A stretch of DNA of 64,000 bases from Cystobasidiomycetes sp. EMM_F5 (taxonomy: Eukaryota), in the NCBI GenBank assembly GCA_051047955.1, contig JBPGPT010000024.1:124001-188000 (forward strand), read 5' to 3'. The position numbers and the translations under genes are program-made. Of the stretch, positions 58,222-64,000 are shown in pieces. Each line of letters starts with the position of its first letter. Position 1 is the stretch's first letter. Under the pieces are notes generated by a model, which saw only the letters and a list, made by a program, of their open reading frames with translations, was not told the origin of the DNA and did no database searches.

Positions 58222-60618
58222 TCAGTGCATACTGGCCGGGAAGTGGCACTTGTTTCCGCTCTTGCACTTTGAGCCTTGTGGGCATTTATGGCCAAACACG
58301 CACTCTTCTCCCGACATGCATGGTTGACCTTGCTTGCGATAAACGCATGCAGTCCGTGCAGCTCCACTCCTGTTTACACGCGAAGTATGATCAGACAATC
58401 GGACCATAATCGTGAAGACGAAACAAAAAGTTACCTCATTTCGTCTAGCTGTTTCTCACTGAGCTTGTATGAATGCGAATAATTGCACTTTGGGTTGGTG
58501 CACCCTCGCTTCGTCAGATAAAATTGGTTGCTGAGCACGGCCTCCGAATCAGACTATGTCAAGCGGATGAAGTCAATGCTCAACACACCAAGGTGGTTTC
58601 TTCTGTTTGCAGAGCGATACATTCGGATCAAGGTTGACGGGCTGGAGTGGTGCTTGCACTGCGTACGATACGGTTTGAGTGTGAGTCAGTTTGATGCAAC
58701 GAAGAAGTCAAAGCGTGATCGTCTTTACCTGATTGCATATCCTTGCCTATTATTGTGACCTTGGCGGGCATTCCAACTGTAGTATAAGATGCTGGCTGGC
58801 TTGCCGCCCGTTTATGTACGCTCGTGTGCGCGCGAGTAGCATCATGACCAATCTTGCTGGTCGACGAAGCCAACGTGTCGCGATATACTAGTACGTGTGG
58901 CGATGTCGTATTTGACGGACTCGCTTTATGACCTGACTTTGTCGCTGCACTACTGCCATTACTGCTACCGGACTTGATGCGAGACATACTTGATGCCGTC
59001 GGGGTAGCGAGACCATCTTCTGCTTCGCCAGTTGCGGTAGGTATGCTAGAAAGAGACAATGTCGGGGAGCGCCTAGGACTTAACAAAGGCAGACTAGTAG
59101 AGGCCGATATGTTTGTTGTAGATTCGCCAGCCACAATCTTCTTCTTGCCGTTGCGGACAATCTGAGACCATGCGGATCCTGATGCTAATGGCGCGGTAGC
59201 CGTCGAAGAAGACACGCTGGCTTGTTCGAGTACTAGAGGAACAACATCCTCTACCTTAGAGGTCAAATGCGTCTCACTGGCCGGTAAAGGTTCCGATATG
59301 GTCAAATCTTGCATATTGCTGAGTGCAGGCTGTCTAGAGTCCGCAAGTACCGCAGCATCGGTGGGCGCGGTGACATACTGCATGCGGATAGATCTCAGTC
59401 AGAGATTCTGCAGGGAAGATCGGTCCAGTCAATACCCACCGTGTGCACGGGAAATATATTACCAAAATCCATATTCTCAATGTCTGCAGTTATGATTCCG
59501 GACTCTTCGAGTTGGGTGATCACGCATTGCTTCACATGAGCCATGATCTGTGAGATTGCTGACGAGGTAATCGTCGACATCGCGACATCCACCAGGAGGG
59601 TCAAGTTTCGGCGGATATTGTCTATAATCGACTGGCATGGCACAATAGTTGCTGCCGTGCTGTTGGAAAAGGACGAAGAAGCAGTCGACGATCTATGTCT
59701 ACCGCTTCCTATACTTCCATGAGTGAAAGCGGTTGGCGACGACGTGGTGGAGGAGGAGGATTGTGTTTTGATATATGTATGCGGAGAGGCATTACTTGCA
59801 GAGGCCGCCGACTCGATCGCAGAGACTATGATATGTGCAAGAGTGGATACGAAAGGGTCATTACCATCCAAGACGGCACTCGGCATCAGTATATACAGCT
59901 GCAAGACATGGATGGATGGGTAAAATTTGTCCATTGCGCCTGACAAAAACGAAGCGCGCCACGGATTTTTGTGAGTCATTAGAGACGCAGCACCGAGTAC
60001 ACCGAGTGTAATGCTCACTCTTCAGCTTGTCCACGCCCTCTGCTTCTACACTCAGCACGTCTGGATGGCCATTGAAGCCGTGGTCAAAGTCACGTGATTT
60101 CTGGGATCGTCTTGCAGCGTCAGCCATGAAAGGCCAACGAGGACCTGTTCAGAGGTTGGCAGAGAACCCACAGCATCGTTTGAGGGAGAGCTCCGTCGTA
60201 GAATCAGCACGGAGGGTGGGATATCGCTGCCTGTTGTCGCACAAGTACGCGCTCGGACTGCCCCGGCAATAGCGACGGCGGCTGCTTGGCCAGCTTCGCG
60301 TGAAAGTGACGAGTTTGGGAGACGGGACGGGGCGACGACGAGCGAGAAGGCCTGGCTCGATAAGTAGTCGTAGTCTGAGCTCTGTGGAGTGTACGCCAGT
60401 TAGCGCGTGGTCAATACTGCCGTCAGCCATCGTTTGCCTACCAGTTTGCAGTAGGCTGCCTCTGTAATTTTGGCCCTCTTTCGACAAGCAGCGAGTTCAG
60501 CCTGCAGCTGGTCGATTATACTCTGCTCAGCCTCCGCATAGTCGTCGATATCGTCGTCGTAGTGGCCTTCCAGCTCGCCGTTGCTGCCAGAGTCGCCAAA
60601 GTCGAGCTGCCCAGGCAT
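58222..60618 (-). CDS. CCCH-type zinc finger protein (multi-exon; 5' structure uncertain)
   Basis: C-terminal C.QFYLTKRGCTNPKCNYSH finger plus CVFGHKCPQGSKCKSGNKCHFPASMH; S/T-rich ORFs 58628-59383 and 59395-60018; plausible first exon at 60618. Confidence 0.65.
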
Positions 60619-61274
60619 TTTGTGAGGCCAAACCTGCGGGCTGTCTAAAAGTTATGCCTGCCAGCCGGCCAGCACCGACGGGATCGCCCAAGTCCTGATT
60701 GCGTGTTGCTGGGTATATATTGTCGTCGATATTGGCTGGTCCAAGTGCAGAGTAACTTGTTGGCCTTGCAGTAATCCTGAGAGAATAGAGTGGCAAAGGC
60801 ACAATCCAACTTGAAAATTGATATCACCGCTTGTCTCCGCTCCATCCCGATCTACGCTAACAAACTCGAGCCAAAGTGACACGCTGACGAGACTAATATC
60901 GACTGACGCCTCGCTCCGTTTCTGCTGACTCGCAGCTCGATGCATCTACAGCCGCACGAGCCATACATGCGCGTGTGGAAGAGTCTGAATACTCTGATGC
61001 GCCGGCGCGTTGATGTACCAGGCGGCTCGGCACTGCTTTCCCTTATTTATCCAGGAAGAGTCTGCGAGCGCATGCTCGATTGCCTTTTCAATCTCAGCTG
61101 CACCGTGATTACCGCTACGCGGTAATTTCAGTCAGCAGTGGTATGTGCAGGCTATGTTAGAGGCTTACGTATATCCCCTCTCCTGACCGGGCAACGTCCA
61201 CTCGCCGACAAACCCACCGAGACCTCGGTCTTTGACAAGTGCATATTCGGATTCCGACCATCGTGACGGATCAA

Positions 61275-62071
61275 TCAGTGGTCGACTAGCCCAGAAGAGG
61301 TGATGACTGTGGTGTGTTCAAAAGTCAATACATATGACTTCGCCTTGAGCAACGGGCCTGTCACGGACATCACTACATGACCCTCATCATCTACCGTAGG
61401 TCCGTAAGGAAACGGACACTGCTCAAGCTTGCAGGAGTCTGCTTCCGTAGAATCAAAGGACTTGCTTGCATCGTATGGCAACAGGCCGACTTCTTCAATG
61501 ATCCGATCGGTATGCTGTAAGACAGTCGAGGACGTTCGAGACGCAATACGCCAAAATATCACAGCTAACACTCACGGAAACTCCGCTCACTTGCTCGAGG
61601 CGCTCGGAAACCCGTTTACCGAGGTGGCGTTGCTCCAACGTAGTTTGGTCAATCTGGCGCCTCTCAAGATCTTTAAATTCAGGATCGTACGTCTTCTTCT
61701 CGGCTACGAATATATACGTATCCTACGTATTCAGCTTCTTCCTAATTGCACTACGTCAAGGACGCACCGAACGCTTGTACAAAGGCCTGCCAGAACGCAA
61801 CGAGCTCTTCTTTCTCTTTACTCTCCTCGCTGCTTTTAATCTTCCTCTTGTTTTTCAGACTCTGCCCATAACTATATTCTGCAGTCGCTTGTCTCAACAG
61901 ATGTTTAATCTTCTTGAGCTCCTTGACGCTCTTCATCGCGTCTATATCTTCCTTGCGAAGGGTACAGAGATATTGCAACCACGGACCACCCCAACAAAAT
62001 TGGGTCGACCAATCGGCTTCATCGTCGGAACTCGATTCATCCGCAAGCAGCGCTTGTGCCGAGTTTGCCAT
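61275..62071 (-). CDS. Hypothetical protein (spliced; boundaries uncertain)
   Basis: ORF 61751-62071 joins through GTGCGT..TAG and GTGAGC..CAG introns to AEKKTYDPEFKDLERRQ..RLEQ and HTDRIIEEVGLLPYD; no recognised motif. Confidence 0.45.
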
Positions 62072-62694
62072 AGTATCGTCGACGGTCGAGTCTTACAGTC
62101 TGTCAGAAGCACGTCGAAGTGGCCTAAAACCCGCAGAATATGAATCCTTAAATGGAGGGAAAGAAGAGATACTGTACGCGACAATTCCATGCCTTTGTCG
62201 TCCGTCTGACAGATGTGTAAGGCTTGTCCTACCGAGATTCGAGACTGTCACTTCCGTGTCAAACAGTCAGAAGACAATGTCGTGCATCTCTTTTCAGGGT
62301 CTGGTCGCTGTTGCATGCGTCAATTACAGGAGTAATAACCGATACTACACTAATTCCTTCTTCTTTTTCCAATGCTTTGCTTCGTTCTCATCATCAGCAA
62401 AGACATCATGTTCCATGACTTCGAACAACGATTCGAGGGCGCTATTAATTGCTGCTTTCCCGGTATCTATCCGCCCCGCTGCCGGGATACGGTGCTCTCA
62501 CCATGCTCCTGGCACTTTACTCAAGAATGCTGATCAACTGAGAGTGCCTATCACGAATAATGCATTCCATGTGTGATGCGATTGCATTGTTTCTCAGACC
62601 GATATTAAGTCTATTCATACTCAGCTGAGATGATGGCCAACTTTCGAAGATTATCGCATACTCCTGTTATGAGCATGAGAAGCGCAACTTCAAC

Positions 62695-63718
62695 GTGTTG
62701 AAGGACATTGAGGTAGCACATAGACGTGGCACCTTTGTCGCGCAAGCAAGGGCTCCGGCCGGAAGACAATGTCAAGGCCAAGATGAGGCGCTGAAAAGCT
62801 TTGTCCAGGGGCTCTTGAAGCGTCAAAAGGTGCTGCGCGGCCGGATGTCGATGACCGAGTTGCCTTTGGTTCGCCACAGTCTCCGCACGACGGTGCAGCC
62901 GTCGAATCCAGAGGTTAGACGGCCATCGCCGAGCCATGAAGAGACGTCAAGTCGCATCTACGATTAGCTCATCCTACCTTTCCTTCGCTATTCGTCCAGC
63001 ATAATCCATCTCGTTAGCATATTGATTTCGATGTCTGCTCCAAAGGTACGATCTGATCACGAAACCCATACAGATGCGATTAGGTACGTCACAAATGCTA
63101 CAGGCTGGCCGAGAGAATACCAACGAGTGGATGAACAGCCTGTTCAATCTACTTAGATTGGAACAAGAGAGCTTTCCCATATCAAGCTATGAAGAACGTC
63201 CGGATGGTTGGCTCACGGCGCCGAGTAGTCTGAACATCTGCCTTGAAGAGGAAGTTCCAACATCTTCGCTACCTGCGTCAGCATCCGGGTCATCCGCCTC
63301 CGATGCATCATCGGATCTATTCAGCGAAGTCGACTCGCCCCTGGTCACACCCGCTGAGATCGAGATCATCAACGATGTTGAACGACTAATTCAGCTCAAT
63401 CTGGACATCAGAGAGTTGTCTGCAAATCGGCGAGCGAAGCTCACGCTGATCGATTCGATGAAGTTCGTCACCGCAAACGAAGAGGGAAAGCATCAATTGA
63501 GCGCATGATGGAGGGATCTAGTGGAAGCTATAGGTGGGACAACTGCACAGCGGCAATTGGTTTTGGCTGACAGCATCTTTAGCAACGAAAAGTACAGGCG
63601 CCAAGGATTTCAAAGAATCAGAGCGAGCGCAACTAGATACTACTCTGCTGGAACATCGAAACTTGTCAAAGTGCATTTCGAAGCGTCTAGCGATGGTGTC
63701 AGGCGTGCCGGTGAGTGA
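62695..63718 (+). CDS. Hypothetical protein fragments (possibly one spliced gene or a remnant)
   Basis: Three successive protein-like ORFs (62695-62967, 63074-63508, 63521-63718) with candidate donors; no recognised domain. Confidence 0.3.
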
Positions 63719-64000
63719 CGTAACAATGAGCTGGGTGCGATTTTCTAATATGTATCGCAGCTTTCTGAGCGCATGGCAATGGAAGTAGGGCTCTCATCCT
63801 ATGATGGCAGTCAGGTCTTTTCGGCCAAAGACGACAATACCTATAGGATCGCTCTGTGTCCCCTACCATATGGACCGACTGTCGACGACGACGGGCGCAG
63901 GGTTGAGTAAGTGTCAAGGATCAGTGTCGATTTGACGCGCCTTCCTCTGATTGTTCGGGTACAGACACCGTCTAGTATGGGCTTGCCGACCGCTTCTTGA

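Noticed and set aside
61914..62576. 220-aa plus-strand ORF, or a transposon remnant across 61000-64000
   Set aside because: The ORF is partly the antisense shadow of the minus-strand gene. No transposase, RT or integrase motifs, TIRs or LTRs were seen.

Overview
This is eukaryotic, gene-dense, intron-rich DNA with short GT-AG introns (mostly about 45-90 nt) and CTRAY-type branch sites. It is most consistent with a compact basidiomycete fungal genome (inference). About 28 protein-coding genes can be assembled by hand; coordinates are start-to-stop spans including introns. Housekeeping genes: RNA polymerase I largest subunit, CWF19L1/Drn1, TRS130, REI1, a Yip1-family protein, AHA1, a DNAJC9-like J protein, a P4-ATPase flippase, a histidine phosphatase and an NAPE-PLD-like hydrolase. 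Also present are several redox or NAD/FAD-binding genes and two zinc-finger regulators. Most notable: (1) AHA1 appears to have two alternative C-termini, a soluble QIGLGTML* end reached through an 8-nt micro-exon and a 518-nt intron, or a tail-anchored transmembrane end encoded inside that intron; (2) a 402-nt, highly self-complementary intron in DRN1 is a candidate hosted ncRNA; (3) a cluster of three divergent paralogues of an unrecognised family shares one intron position; (4) there are six small secreted proteins, some invisible in the ORF track. No rRNA, tRNA, CRISPR array or intact transposon was recognised.
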